From Utricularia gibba (lineage: Eukaryota > Plantae > Magnoliophyta): a stretch of 64,000 nt of DNA. This document shows, piece by piece, positions 1 to 13,903 of this stretch. Location: assembly GCA_002189035.1 (NCBI GenBank), contig NEEC01000021.1:744001-808000 (forward strand). Direction: 5' to 3'. Under the pieces are notes generated by a model. It had not been told where the DNA came from. It searched no databases and worked only from the letters and a program-made list of their open reading frames with translations. The translations under genes were made by a program, and so were the position numbers. The number at the start of each line of letters is the position of its first letter. The stretch's first letter is position 1.

Positions 1-1726
1 CTCATAGACATGAGATTAAAAAAAACTCGTGTGATTTTGGGTTATTAAATCTACCGACTAAACACCATATAATTATAATTTTGCTTTTAAAGTCATGTAA
101 TCCTATTAACCAATCATTGTTTTAAATTATGAATATTAATAATAAGGGTAGGATTAGATTTGAATGAATCATAATTTGTACACATTTGTACAAAAAATAA
201 AAAAAATAGGCGTTAAATTATTTTGATAATGAGATTAGTATATATATAGATATTCTTTTCCAAAAATGGATATTTTAAAAGTTGTATAATATAGTATTGA
301 TATCGATATATCTGATTTTTAAATAGTTCATAAACAAATATAGTACATTATATATGATTGATAGTGCACCATGCTCTTTAGCATGTTAATAAAATAATTA
401 GTCTGAGCATATTGTAAAGTATTGATATTCCGAAAAATTTCGAGAATAAAATCGATATCCAATATTTCAACCAATTCGTATTCGAATATTTCAAAAGTGA
501 TTTTAGTATTCATGATATCTTTTCTTTCAAATAATTCAATATTCGACATAATATCCGTAAACATTGAATATTGAGGTGAAGTGTAGATCAACATTAGTTG
601 GATTAGAAGACAAGTACTTATCTATAGCATGCTTATGAAATAAAAAATGTATGATTTGTTTTTGTGTGGGCCATGTAATCACAACATTAAAAAATGTATG
701 ATTCGTTTATGAAATAAATGAAATTAAAAATTCGGAAATTTAATAAGTCTGGAGATGACATTTAAAAGGAGGGAGGGAGGGTGTCGTACTCGTGGACTGG
801 TTAGTTCCTTTGCATTTGCATTTGAATTTGCATTTGCGTGGTGTTTGCATTTAAAATGGGCAGCGCTTAAATGACTGACAGCTGTACGCGTCCGTTAGCT
901 GTTCCACGCCCGCTTCATTAAGACATGAGACCGGGTCGCCTCCAGACATTTATTCCCCAGACATGGCTTTTTGGGAATTTTAAGATATGATTATTTATTT
1001 TAAATGCACGATTATTGTTATTACTGATTTGTGACAAATCATTACCCCTAATGTCCAAGTGTATGTGCACGGTTCAGCATGCCAACATGGCAAGTTGAAC
1101 TGCAATTATTGGGTGTGCTTTTTATTGGAAATGATTAAAGTTTGTTCACTAAAAGTTCGTTTGATATGAATGTAATTTATATGTTTACGTATAATGTAAT
1201 TGAGTATATATACATAATCAATTGTATATAATATTTGATATTCAAAAATAGAAGTCTTAATATTCAATTTCTATACATATATCTAACTTTCCTCTATTTA
1301 TATATATTCAATTGTATATAATTACTTCAAAAAATAAGTATTTAAATAATATAATTATGCAATATTAATATACGTATACTAGTTAATCAAACAATAATAT
1401 AATCCAAAAATGTTTTCATTATAAAATATAACATATCTAAATTCATTTTTTTAACAAACACATTCTAAATCTAAAATTCTGAAATACATTTTATCTTAAA
1501 CCATATTATCAAAATATTAAATAATCTACCAAACACTATTTTTAGAATTTGATGTGCAAAATTAAATAATTTAAAAAATACTTAAATTTAAAATTTATTA
1601 TAATAATTTTGTATGATAAATAAATATTAAGTTTGTTTATTATGTAGAATATTGTGACATCAATTGTAAAAACGCCAATTTACAGAAACTTGTAATTTGA
1701 AAGATTTAAAGATGCTTATTTTTAAA

Positions 1727-1790
1727 AAAGCCCAATAATGAAGCCCAAATGAATTGATCCATTTCTTGACATCATATGGGGCCCAATGTT
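1727..1790 (+). promoter_or_regulatory. Site II (TGGGCY/RGCCCA) motif cluster upstream of PAT1
   Basis: AAGCCCAAT, AAGCCCAAA and GGGCCCA within about 60 bp. A telo-box-like AAACCCTAG follows at about 2843. This pairing is typical of plant housekeeping promoters. Confidence 0.35.
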
Positions 1791-2434
1791 GTTCTCATCG
1801 ATGCTGCCATGAACAAAACTCATCTAAGCCCATGTTTTCGAGCATGTGACTTTATATTTATAAACTTGTTTAAGCCTCTTTTTTATTTAAATATAAATAA
1901 TTCAAAAAAGTTATTGACAAAATTATCATATGAAATCCCGCCATATTTATATGTTTTTTGTGATTGATTTTCTTATTATTTTGTGTTTGTTTCGAAATAT
2001 AATACATTAACAATTTTTATTTGAACTTTATATTGATAATAATATATTCTTATTATAGGTCAAGAAAAAATAAAATTATTAAAATATTATAGAATAAAAT
2101 TACAAATAATCGAAATTAATGCGACAATTTATTTTCAAATATGTTATTTTGTAGAATTAAATTACAAATAAACCTTAAAACACATGATATAATGTGAAAG
2201 AGGTCATATGAAATTATGATAGTAATAACTATTATAAAAATTAATTGTAATACATTAATAATTTTCACAATCTTCTTTATAAAAAATAAATGTATTTTTA
2301 TTATTACTCTGATAGTGAAATATTTTTTATATTTTTCAAGTTACCAATTTGCTCGTTTTTTTTTTCTTTACAAACAAATAAACTTAATCTGAACTTTATG
2401 ATTCATTTCCTAAAAAACTCCCCTGTAATATTTG

Positions 2435-2444
2435 ATATATATAT

Positions 2445-2481
<37 letters not shown>

Positions 2482-2504
2482 TTATTTATTTATTTATTTA
2501 TTTA
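2435..2504. repeat. Compound microsatellite (AT)n-(TTTA)n
   Basis: About 16 AT units at 2448-2479, followed directly by about 6 TTTA units. Confidence 0.9.
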
Positions 2505-3071
2505 TCTATCATGTTGATTTATGTGGACCACATGAGAATTGTAAATTGCAATAAGGTACAATATTTGTTAGGATTTACAGAAGTGTCGCATCCAGCCGAA
2601 ACCCTACTAATCCAAATCAATTCTTCTCTGAAAACAGGCACCTCCAGTTTGTGTAATTTACACGCACATCTTCGCCATTTTTTTGGTTTGATGCTCGGTT
2701 TCAGGGATAGAGAAGATTTAAGCGTTTGTGCATACAAGTTGTTTGTGAATGCTTTAGGCGAGCCTTCGTTTGGTGTATTCTTCTCTGATTGTGGATTCGT
2801 GTTGGGGTTTCAGTAGATAGATAGATCACTAGTCATCGGAAAAAACCCTAGGAGTTGGTGGGATTTTTCTGAGCTGTGAGACTTCCAGTGTTTGGAAGCA
2901 CCGTTGATGATTTTGACTTCTTATTCTGCTTTTTTTGGCCAGTTGTTTATTCTAAAAGAGTCTACTTGGTTCGCAAAGAGTTTTCTTTTGAGATAGAATT
3001 TTTACCTTATTCATAGTTTAGGATTCAAAGTTTCTCCGGGTTTTGTTCACCGGAGTATAGGATTATTTGAA

Positions 3072-6000
3072 ATGGATGGATTTGGTGGTGGCAGTAGAAT
3101 CCTGGATTCGTCTGAACTTCAGGGTCTGGAACCGCATGGTGCGACCTCTAGCGGTATGTTTGTTCATGTGATTCGCGTTTTTGTTCATTGACATTGCGAA
3201 TATACAGTTGTAAAGATTTCTGATTTTTCAGATGCACGTATCGTTATTTTAGGCTTTTATTCCTTTGTTGTTTTTTATCCTTTATTTTGCGTTGGGCGGC
3301 AGTTTGGTTCATTATAGTATACTTTGTGGTTTACCTAGCGCTGATGTTTTCTTTGACACATAGTGCAACATGTAATGATGTTTGATTGTCTATTTCTTAT
3401 TTGCTTTTCATTCGAGTAGAAGCCTATACCAAGATTCTTCATGGAATACGTGATAGGCGCTACTTCAGCAATTTTAAACACTTTCTTTTGGTTTTGTAGG
3501 GAATGCCGTATTTGATGCTTCACAGTACGCATTCTTTGGGGTGATGCAGTAGAGGAAGTTGAACTTGGTGGATTAGAAGATGAAGAAGATAGTAATGGTC
3601 ATATTGAGTATGATGAAGAAGAATTTCACATGGAGAAGGAAGAGGTTGCTATAGAAGCTTTGCACTCCGTTATTGATAACTCCATTTGCTCCTTCCTTTT
3701 CCCTATTTTTCCTTCATCAGTTTGTGTTAAATAAACATTTGCATCTTCATGTGTGTATCCTTTTATGTGTGGTGTGTCACATTCTTTTCCATTGCAGCAG
3801 CATATGATATCTGAATTATGTGAAAGTATTTGAAGGATAAAATTGTATAATGGAAGCCTGTATTTTCGCAGCAATGATCCAATGGAGAAAACAGCAATGA
3901 AGTCCCTAAGCAAATTTTTTCCTTTCTTTCTTCTTTGACGCCTTGTGCGTGTATTTTCCTGTGACATGGTTGTGTTTGTCGCCTGTCTTTTTTTTGGAGA
4001 TATGTGGCCTTGTTTCCTGCTATCTCTTTCCTTAATACAAATAACATTTGTGTCGTTCATGCAGGTCGCAAATTTGGAATCTCTTTCTGAAATGGATGAT
4101 CTTTCAAGTACGTTTTCAAAGGTGAGGGCATGCATTCTGGCACAAACTGTTTGTCACTAGATATTTTTTTCAAGCAATCTTATACTTGCTGAAAAGTCTG
4201 AACTCTGCCTTGGGGTGTGTGAAATATAGAATACATACACGGATACACGTACTTGAATTGAAGATCATGTTGGGTTTTCAAGCATGGCGATGGCTTGATT
4301 TGCTTTTGTGGTTTTGGGTTTCCGAGCACATGCTTGATGGGCATATGACCATCTCACGATTTTCCTCTTATTTAAATCTAGATGAACAACATGGGTGGCA
4401 GGTCCGCCAATCCCGATTTTGGAAGTGCATGGGAATCTAGACAAGGTGATTACGTACATCAGATTGACATTCAGTTTCTTAAACATATAGCAGCCTTCTT
4501 AACATCATCGTTGCTTTTTTTCGTGTTATCTCTTTTTTTAACGGAGGCTGATCGTCGTCACTTGCTTTTTTGTGTGCACAAGTTTTTAAACATATGCCAT
4601 TTCTTGATAGTACTATTTTACAGCAGGTTCATCTGCTTTTGAGTCAGCACAGGATGCAGATTTGAATAATTGGATTGAGAGGCGCCCATTTGATCCTGAA
4701 TACATAAGTGAGAGCAGAAAGAATTCATCAGAATCATATCCCTTCGTATCCCAATATACAGAATCAAATGCTCTTCATAGGACTTCTTCCTACCCGAGCA
4801 ACAGCAGCTTTTCAATCAGCAAAAAATGCTCCATCATCGCATGAATGAGTCTGCCCTCGCTCCCAGATCGTCTTTTACTTCTTATCCGCCTCCTGGTGGG
4901 ATTTCTATGCAAGTTTCACCAAGTCAGCAACCTGTTCCTTTGCACAATATGCCTCCTTTCAGTTATGAACAGAGCAGCCTACCACATGGCTCACAGTCTG
5001 CTAGAAATTTTCCTGAGTTACCTCACGGTTTTCCTGTTAATAATCACACCCCAAACCAGGCTGCCCACTACCGTGGAAATCCTTCTGTGAGCAATTATAT
5101 GCCTCAAAATATCCCCAGCAGAATGGTTTACTGCATCCGCAGATAAGGCTTCCCCAGCACTTGCAGCTAGCAAGATCACCACACCGTCAGCCAGCATTTG
5201 GTCCAGTCTCAGGGATGCAGTCCTCATTTGGTCCTGTCTTTTCTCCATCTCCGAATTTTGACATCCGTGGGTTGCGTGAAGTGAGAGATCCGAGAACTAA
5301 GCAACTCCCACATTTTCCTTTTCATGTAGCTGACCCTGGTTTTGCTAGGGGTGATTCTGGAAGGATTAGATTTAGATCCAAGTATATGTCAGCTGATGAG
5401 ATAGAAAACATTCTCCGAATGCAGCTTATGGCTACCCATAGCAGTGATCCATATGTTGAAGACTATTACCACCAAGCCTGTTTAGCAAGGAAAACTGCTG
5501 GGGCTAATTTGAAACATCACTTCTGTCCAACTGCCCTAAGAGATGGTACTTCCAAGCCTCGTGCTGTCGATGAGCCTCATGCTTTTCTCCAGGTAGAAGC
5601 ACTTGGACGGGTTTCCTTTGCTTCTATACGCAGGCCTCGCCCTCTTCTTGAAGTTGACTCTCCAAATTCTTCAAGTAATAATGCTGAATCTAAACTCCCT
5701 CAGAAGCCATTGGAACAGGAGCCTCTACTTGCAGCGCGTGTTACTATTGAGGATGGTATTTCCTTCCTGCTTGATGTTGATGATATTGACCGATATTTAC
5801 AATTTAATCAGCTCCCAGATGGTGGATCCCAGCTGAGACAGAGGAGACAGTTGCTGCTGGAAGAGCTAGCATCATCTCTTCATCTTGCTGACCCATTAGT
5901 GAAAAATGGTCAGCAAGTGAACTTGTCTGCTAATGATGATCTCGTGTTCATGAGGATAGTGTCACTTCCCAAGGGTCGGAAACTCCTTTTGAAGTTCCTT

Positions 6001-6594
6001 CAACTTATCTTGCCAGGAGAGCTCACTCGAGTAGTTTGCATGGCCATATTCCGCAATTTGAGGTTCTTATTTGGCACTCTTCCTGCGGATCCTGGGGCAT
6101 CAATGATAATAAAAAGGATAGCAGAAACTGTGGCTTCTTGTATTCAGAAGATGGATCTCAAGGCCCTTGCTAGCTGTCTTGCATCCGTGTTATGTACCAC
6201 AGAGCATCCTCCTCTTCGACCAATCAGTAGTCCCTCCGGAGACGAAGCTTCAGTCATTCTTAAATCTGTGCTCGAACAGGCAACTGGACTTCTCACTGAT
6301 CCGCAGTCTGCGGGCAGTATCCCTGCCCATATCCGCTCCTTTTGGCAGGCTTCTTTTGATGCATTCTTCGTTCTCCTCACAAGGTACTGCTCCAACAAGT
6401 ATGAATCAGTTGTGCAAACCTTCCTTGTCCACGGAACAATGGATTCAAGCACCATGGTATCCGATGTCGCAAAGGCCATAAGCAAGGAAATGCCATTAGA
6501 GCTGCTGCGTGCAAGCCTTCCACATACAAGTGAGCTGCAAAGAAAAATACTCCTGGAATTCAGTCAGCGATCAATGCATCTCCCCGGTCACTGA
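3072..6594 (+). CDS. PAT1: mRNA decapping activator PAT1 homolog; 5 coding exons; one apparent -1 frameshift at 5113-5116
   Basis: Exons about 3072-3153, 3500-3644, 4065-4121, 4382-4444 and 4627-6594, with GT-AG borders. Motifs FDASQYAFFG..VEEVELGGLE, DDLSSTFSK and FRSKYMSADEIENILRMQLMATHSSDPYVEDYYHQACLA..KHHFCP, and EMPLELLRASLPH, all match plant PAT1. Confidence 0.93.
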
Positions 6595-8175
6595 CCAAAC
6601 TGGATGCATCAGATCACTGCAACACAGTGGCAGATCACCTCATAGTCCTGAAAGAGAAGCAAGAAAGGGGCCATCATTCATCTTCATTCTCTCTGTTTTC
6701 CCTCTCCCATTCTTTAGATTTTGGTCATAGCATGGGCCTGAGCAGGTGGTGGAGGAGTTTTTGATATACACATCTTCTGTCATGTTTCCCTTGATGTTGT
6801 GTGCCGGTGGCGCTCACCGGATAGATGTACAGTAGAGGATGAAGTTACCATCTGTGTAAACTGATGAGCCTTCCACTCTCACCAAAGGGGTTTTTGCGTG
6901 GCTTCTTCGCTGTCCTCCTGATGGTATCATCACTCTCCTTCTGACATCCCTTTCAATAGCTCTTGTGTTTCCTCTTTGTTGCTATGTTTTTCAATAAAGG
7001 TACATCTTTTTTATTCATGGCGGTTCAGCGTTGTTACCTTATTTTATGGAAAAAAAATAGAATGGGAGCTTTTTTATGAAATCATTTTCTTCTCTTTGAT
7101 AAGAAAAAATAGATATGTCACCAGATAAATTCGGATGAACAAAATTTACAATCAAAATAAACAATTTTAAAATGTTAAATTAAAATATTTATTTGTATTT
7201 TTTTAATATCAAAGTTAACTCGATTCAATCTCATAATCATAATTTAATTTAAAATTATAAATAAATGTAAAAATTAATTGGTTTAACTGGATTTGAATAT
7301 AAAAAAATGAGAAAATTGTAATAAAAAATAACAGAAATATTTTGATTTTCAAATTTCAAAATTGTAAAAAAAATATTTCAATTTATCAAAAACATGCAAT
7401 AAAGATCAAAATAGTTTTTAAAATTTTAAAAAGTAAATTGATTCAAAACTGTGAACTAACTTTGATTTCTCAAATAATAAAATTTTATGTTAAGGATTTT
7501 CATATTCCCATATGAAGTTCTGTGAATTTAAATCATTTGTGAAAATTATGTTGTATTTATATTTCGTGATTTTTGGGAATTCAATGAACGTAATACCATT
7601 AGAAAAAGATGAATAAAAACTTTTTACAACAATGGATTATTATAACATCTTCAAGTTTGAAGGTAAAATGTTTACAAAAAACATAAGTTAAAAGATATAC
7701 GATATAATTTTGAAAATTGAAATTGAAATTATTTATAATATCAATAACTTAGAGCAGACCCATCAAACTTAAATCAAATTCAGAATTCAATATATTATTT
7801 AACTCCCGGTACCTACCACCAAGTGGTAGTATTTTCTCCCCTTTAAGGAACGCGGAAAGTTCTGGAGGTTACCTTTGCTTTGGACCCCGCGCGCAGGCTT
7901 GACAGTCCCATGCACAGCGCCGCTAACGTGAGCGGCGGCCTCGGACACAGCTAAGCTGTAAGCGTGGACGTTCAGGGATGGGCCCCAGAGAGAACAGCTC
8001 TGCGCCAATAAATAACCCCACTGCAATGCAATGGGCCCTGGGCCCCCACTCCTCCGCCCAAATCAAATCAAAACCCAGCCCATCTCCAACATTTTCATTT
8101 CGCTTTTTTCGGCTGTGCAGTACCGCAGCGAATCCTCGATATTTTCGGAAACACTCGCCGGCGTCGTTTCCTCAG

Positions 8176-9240
8176 ATGGCGTCAGCCTGTGTGAACAACG
8201 TTGGAGTCGTGGCGCAGGAGGCCTTTCTGGACCGTCAGACGGTGAGTAGTGGCGGCATGTGGCGGATGCCGCCGGCGGAGGAGGTGGTGAATACTACGAG
8301 GCCGCTCGTGGATCTGCGAAAAGATGCGGATCCGGATCCCGATCCGGATGGGGCAGGGATAGAGTTTGAATTTCGTCTTGAAGATTCGGTGTCGTCTATG
8401 CTGCCAGCGGATGAGCTTTTCTCCGACGGGAAACTTGTTCCTCGGCAACTCTCCTCCACCACACGCCCAGCAGCGGAGGTCGTCTCTGCGGTGCCGGACG
8501 TCAGACCGGAGAAGGCTCAGACGCACGGCGGTGATTCAAGGTCAAACTACCGAAAGGCGCCGAGAAGCGTGTGTAGGTGGAAAGAGCTTCTACGATTGAA
8601 GAAACTGAGCATCGCGAAGGAGGATTCGGCGTCGTGTAGTCAAAACGTCGCCGCGAGAGCCTTGGTTCAGCCTTTTCGTTACCGGAGCACCAAATCCGCC
8701 ATGGATTCATATCTCACCCTCCCTCTGTTACAACAGCAGGTCGACCACAACGAACCACTCTCCACCTCCTCCGGACCCTCCCTCGAAGACCGCCCCCGCC
8801 TCTCCGTCGACACCGAAAAACCTATCCGCGCCACCACCAAAGTCCGGCTAGCGAAACCGAGAGCGGTTACGGCCGCCGCCGCAGCGAGTCGTGGTAACCG
8901 TCGTGTACCAGTGGAATGTTCATCGGTGCAAGGCGTCGGTGTCTCCGTCGACAGTCCGCGGATGAATCCATCGGGGAAAATCGTTTTCTACGGATTGGAG
9001 AGAAGTTCGAGCAGTCCGAGCACCTTCAACGGCGGTCCGAGATACAAGCACCGTGGAATGGAGCGTTCGTACTCCCATTCTGCCAATCTTAGAATCGCTC
9101 CCTTCCTGAACGTCCCTGTTCGCTCCCTGCGAGGAGGAAACGCCGCCGCCTCATCCAAATCCTCCGTCTTCGGAATCCAAATATTCTCAGCCTCATCGTC
9201 CTCATCGCAACACAAGAATCCGGTCAAATGCCCTCGCTGA
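8176..9240 (+). CDS. Uncharacterised single-exon Ser/Arg-rich protein (MAKR-related / SR repetitive matrix-like plant family), 354 aa
   Basis: ATG at 8176 gives MASACVNNVG. Family-type blocks are FEFRLEDSVSSMLPADELFSDGKLVP, RWKELL and DSPRMNPSGKIVFYGLERSSSSPSTFNGGPR..GMERSYS. Site II motifs lie upstream (7977-8085). Confidence 0.75.
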   Translation: MASACVNNVGVVAQEAFLDRQTVSSGGMWRMPPAEEVVNTTRPLVDLRKDADPDPDPDGAGIEFEFRLEDSVSSMLPADELFSDGKLVPRQLSSTTRPAAEVVSAVPDVRPEKAQTHGGDSRSNYRKAPRSVCRWKELLRLKKLSIAKEDSASCSQNVAARALVQPFRYRSTKSAMDSYLTLPLLQQQVDHNEPLSTSSGPSLEDRPRLSVDTEKPIRATTKVRLAKPRAVTAAAAASRGNRRVPVECSSVQGVGVSVDSPRMNPSGKIVFYGLERSSSSPSTFNGGPRYKHRGMERSYSHSANLRIAPFLNVPVRSLRGGNAAASSKSSVFGIQIFSASSSSSQHKNPVKCPR

Positions 9241-12200
9241 AATCCCTGAACAGCAACAAGATCTGGGAATTCCTCGGCAGGCAGCTGTTACATTCAAATT
9301 CAGAAAAGATTCTTCGTCCCGATCTCAGACGGGGGAGTGTGCAGCACGCGCTGTGGGCTGAGCGTGGGGGTAGTTTCGTCTGTGTACAATAACGAACGGC
9401 ACCTGCAAAATCAGCACGCATTAAAAATGCTGCCGTTGCCACGATCCGCGAATCGCGGCTCTCACGTTGTCAACCAGTGCGTGGCACCCACTCGCGCCGT
9501 GCCTAGTGGGCCCCCCTCCCCTGCGACCGCTCGCTTTAATCATCACTTCATGTCGACTGAACCTCCGGCATATCGCACGAATTCCCAGAGTAGAAAACCC
9601 TAAAAACATTTTTCCCCAATTCCACATTGATTAGACGTGTTGTGGATCTTTATGATCCTTTGTCTTGGTAGGATTAAAAAATTCGAAAATTCCATCAAAA
9701 TAATGTATTTATCGAATAAAAAAATTAAAATGTTAATGAAAAAATATATATTTCTTTTTTACTATCAACTTGGGATTCTATTCTATAAAATTCTACTCAC
9801 ATTCAAGCCATCCACATTTGTGCAGCCAGATCATAATAAAAGGTTCGGTCAAGGTGCAATGGACCAATTGATGTCGGGTGGCACGAAGTAAACATGATAT
9901 CGTGCCATTTTATGTGCTTGCATTCCAATTAGTTGGGCCTCCGTGGCCCAAGATATATCATGGGCCCAATGGTCGAGAAACAGTCATTTTCAGCGTTCTT
10001 TCAATGTGTGCCGAAAAATACTTACCGTCTTTTTGGAACAATTTGTAGTTTTATAAATACACTTGAAAATTAATTTTTGTCATTAAATACAAATGATTAT
10101 ATTTAATAAAGTAAAACATCTATAACCACTTATTATTCTTATTCTAAATTAATTATAGATATTCAATTTTTATTTTCTTATAAGCATTTTCAATAATTGC
10201 TATCAGCAAAACCAACATACACTTAATATCATTGCTGCTTTGTATTGGAAAACCCTAAACACAAAATACTTCAAATTGAAGTAATTACCAACATTTGGTG
10301 ATGATAGATGGTGAAAATTGGTACTTCATTACCCTTGTTTTTACATTTATAAGGAAATTTGAAACCCTAACTACTTCATGTGTTGGTTTTGTAATTCTAA
10401 TGAAACTTGTTTAAATATTATAGAATCATATACACTTGATTTTCAAATTTTGAATTCATGATATTTTTTCCCTGGATCGCCACCAAATTCGATGTACCAT
10501 GTTATAAGAAACATAGATGATTATTAGCATTTCTCGTGTAGAAGATACCATGGAGTGGATATAAAGCAATTTAGACTTCATACATGAATCACTTCCTTGT
10601 CACTTAATGTCCACTGTTATAGTGATCATGGGCTCCTTTCATCTCTCAACACTTAAAATTTCTCTTATCATTTCTATGTAATTCTAGTCTTGATCCACAT
10701 ATTCATGTAATGTGTTTTTCCGCATTCGCATTGTGATATTTTGTAATGAAATATGGGATGATCAAATTGACACATATATAATTTTTTCTTATATGTTTGT
10801 TCCAAAAAAGTGATATTTGTTAGTGTTAGTTTGAAAAACTTGTTATAAATCTAAAAGTATTGCATTATTCCTTTTCATTAACAAGTTTTTATTTCATCTA
10901 GGAAGAGTTGAGCTCTTGAAGCAAGCCATTATGGGTTCCAAATAAAAGTCATGAAATTCAGAGATCCTATGGATCAGATGAGTCTGACAAGAAAATGTAT
11001 ATATGAGCATTGACTTATGGGAAACTTGGCAACAATACATTTGGCTTGATGTATGTGCACAAAGGAGGCATTGTATATGGAATTGTGATCCATTGAAACT
11101 TTTTTCAATTCAATACCTCAAGATGATGAACTTGTCTACAATTTCCTCTGGAAATTGATTCTTGGTTGCAATCCTTGAACCGATCACTTGATTCAAGTAT
11201 TGGTAGATGATGAATAGTTTGAAGGCTTGGAGAAAACCATAATGGAAAGATGACAGCAAAAAATTTAAATTTTGAACTTACTAAGTAACTACTGTCTAAG
11301 AAGTTTTTGATGGATAAATAAATAGATTTTTTTATATAACACTATAGTATTTTTTTGCAATACACTTTACATAAAAAATGAGTCCAAAACATTTAAATTT
11401 TTGAATAATAACCACATTCAATTTCAAGTAACAATCATAGTACTTTTTCAAAAATCAACTTAAGAAGTAATAGTCTAAGGTTTTTCCTATTCTATTTAAT
11501 CTACCATAATCCAAACAAGAATTGATGCTTTTTACAATTGAGAAAAATAAGCATTTTTCTTAAACTTGTGCATTTCTCAAGTATTTTCAAGATTTTTCTA
11601 AACTCAAATCTTCCACATTTCAACATATTTCCATCTTTTAATGTGGTGAACCCATTTTAAATTCAGTTCGGAAATGATCAATTGTATTGAACGGATGATT
11701 CATAAATCACGTCTTGATGTCAAATTTGGTTCTGGTTTCATTTCGGCACCAAAATTAAAACCTTGAACTGAACCGAAATCGAAATTGAACCATTCAATTA
11801 TAACTGTAGTTTCATACATTAAAATTAGTTTAAATAACATTTTTATTTATTAATTATTCTAATTCCTATGTGCATACTGTATTTATAATTTTCTATAAAT
11901 AATTTAAGTTAGCATATTTTTTAAATATAAATAAATATTGAAATATATATTCATATTAGTTTATATGAATTACATTGTAATAAATTAGTATAATATTTAA
12001 TTAATGTATATTCATATTATTTTGAAATATGTTTTCAGATACGTACATGTTATCTATACCCAAAAAATGAAAATCCTATTGAGTTAATTATGTCAAGAAA
12101 TTTTTTTATAGGAATACATATTTTATATGAGGTAAAAAATATTTTTTTTTTATGGGCATAACAAATATTATATAATACTGAATAAGAATTATGATTGAGA

Positions 12201-13903
12201 TCTTCTTTTTGTACCTCATTCATTGCATTTTCTTTTTCTCCCCAACATCTTGTGCTTTTACTTTTTGATTTCAGCACATTTATTATAATATATATTATTA
12301 ATTTTCTTTAATAAAAAAACACTAAAAAGACAAAGCGAATTAATAAATAATAGTTATTGTAAAAAAGATTAATTGTCATTTGTTGGGATGTGGAGTGTGG
12401 AATGGTGTGCGTTTATTCGCGTGATTAAATGTTTATTCTGAAATATTTTAATTATAATTAATATTATTAATATCCGTTGAATTATTATGCTGAGAATTTA
12501 ATCACCGATATCATTATTGAAATATTTAAAAATTACATTTATTGAATTACCAATAATTCGAATTTCACCTACCTTTTACTGCTTTAGCAGTCAAACGCCT
12601 ACGGATGAGGTGGCGCGATGTGATTGGCTGGTCAACGCGTCGCCAAATTCCGAAATTGGTCCTATGATTATGGATGAATCGGGGTTGGGAATTATGAAAT
12701 GATTATTTTGGGTGAATTAATTGCTTTTTGTCAAGAACATCTAATAATCTGTCAGTACAAAAGCTGTGTTGTGTCGCTTCTTTTGCTTTGCGAAACCAGT
12801 TTCAAATCCAGACAATTATTGGGCTTGCTTTTTTGTAATGTATTTGTTGTGTTCTGGGAATGAAATTTATGTGTATGCCTTTTTTTTGTTGTGGGTATGC
12901 ACTCCAACAGCAATTGCGTTTCATTCTAACTGCTGAACGAGCAATTTGTCTGTAGAGGGAGAAAGGAGTTGAGGAAGGGAAATCGGCAGGTGGGGTTTGT
13001 TGTTTTTTTCATTTCCTGATTTGTTGCTGGAGGATGAGCCATTTTCGTAACTGTTTGTTGGAGGGTAGAAAAGAAATCATTTTGTGGAGGGGTTTGAATC
13101 TGTTGGAGGAGATAAGCATGCCCAGTTTGATGAATTGAATCTGCTGTGATTGGGGAAACCCTCTTGACTCAGTGTTGTATAGTTTGCTGAAACTTCACTT
13201 GCCTTTTTTATAATCTGTTCAAGTTTTTCACGTTTGGTGATGATTGAGTGGAGTTTCTGCTCTGTTTTCTGCACTTCCCTTTTGTTTTTCTTGTTTCGTT
13301 TTGTCTAGCAGTTCTCTGTGTGGGCCATTCTCTTTGATTTCAAGCGCACACCTTTTTTGAAGCTGATGCTGGTCCATGCAGGGGAATACCTGTGGTTTTT
13401 GGTTTGGTCATCTGGGTTTTGGTATTTTTTCACTTATTTCCATTTTGATTGGTTGGCATGTATTAAATACCACTGTTCTTACTTTTTTTCTGTTCTGGGT
13501 TCTTATTTATTACCTGCAATCTCTGTGAAGGTGGAAATTTTTATAGAATAATGGAACTGTGTTGGGTAAGAAGACGCAGGAACTTCGTAGCCTGAGGATG
13601 AAATTTCATTAATGGAAATGCTTACCTTTTTTATCTGATTGTTTTTCGTTTTCATCTCTTTGGTTATTAAGTTACTCTTATTATTCCATGGATTCTGTGC
13701 GGCATGCTACTGTTTGCTTTCGTGTGGGTGTTTCGTTTCCTCTGCTTTTACTCCTTTTCTGTCATTGGTTCACTTTAGCTTTCCTGTGGGCTTACAATGT
13801 TAAAAAGCTACGGATGAACACCAGAAGTATGTCACTGAGCTTTCGTTTATCATCTTATTTTCATGTGTCAAAACTAGGATTGTGACACTGCTTCAAAAGT
13901 GTC

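Noticed and set aside
7978-8175. N-terminal extension in the 420-aa ORF
   Set aside because: It runs through the site II promoter and 5'UTR. The family-like sequence begins at MASACV (8176).
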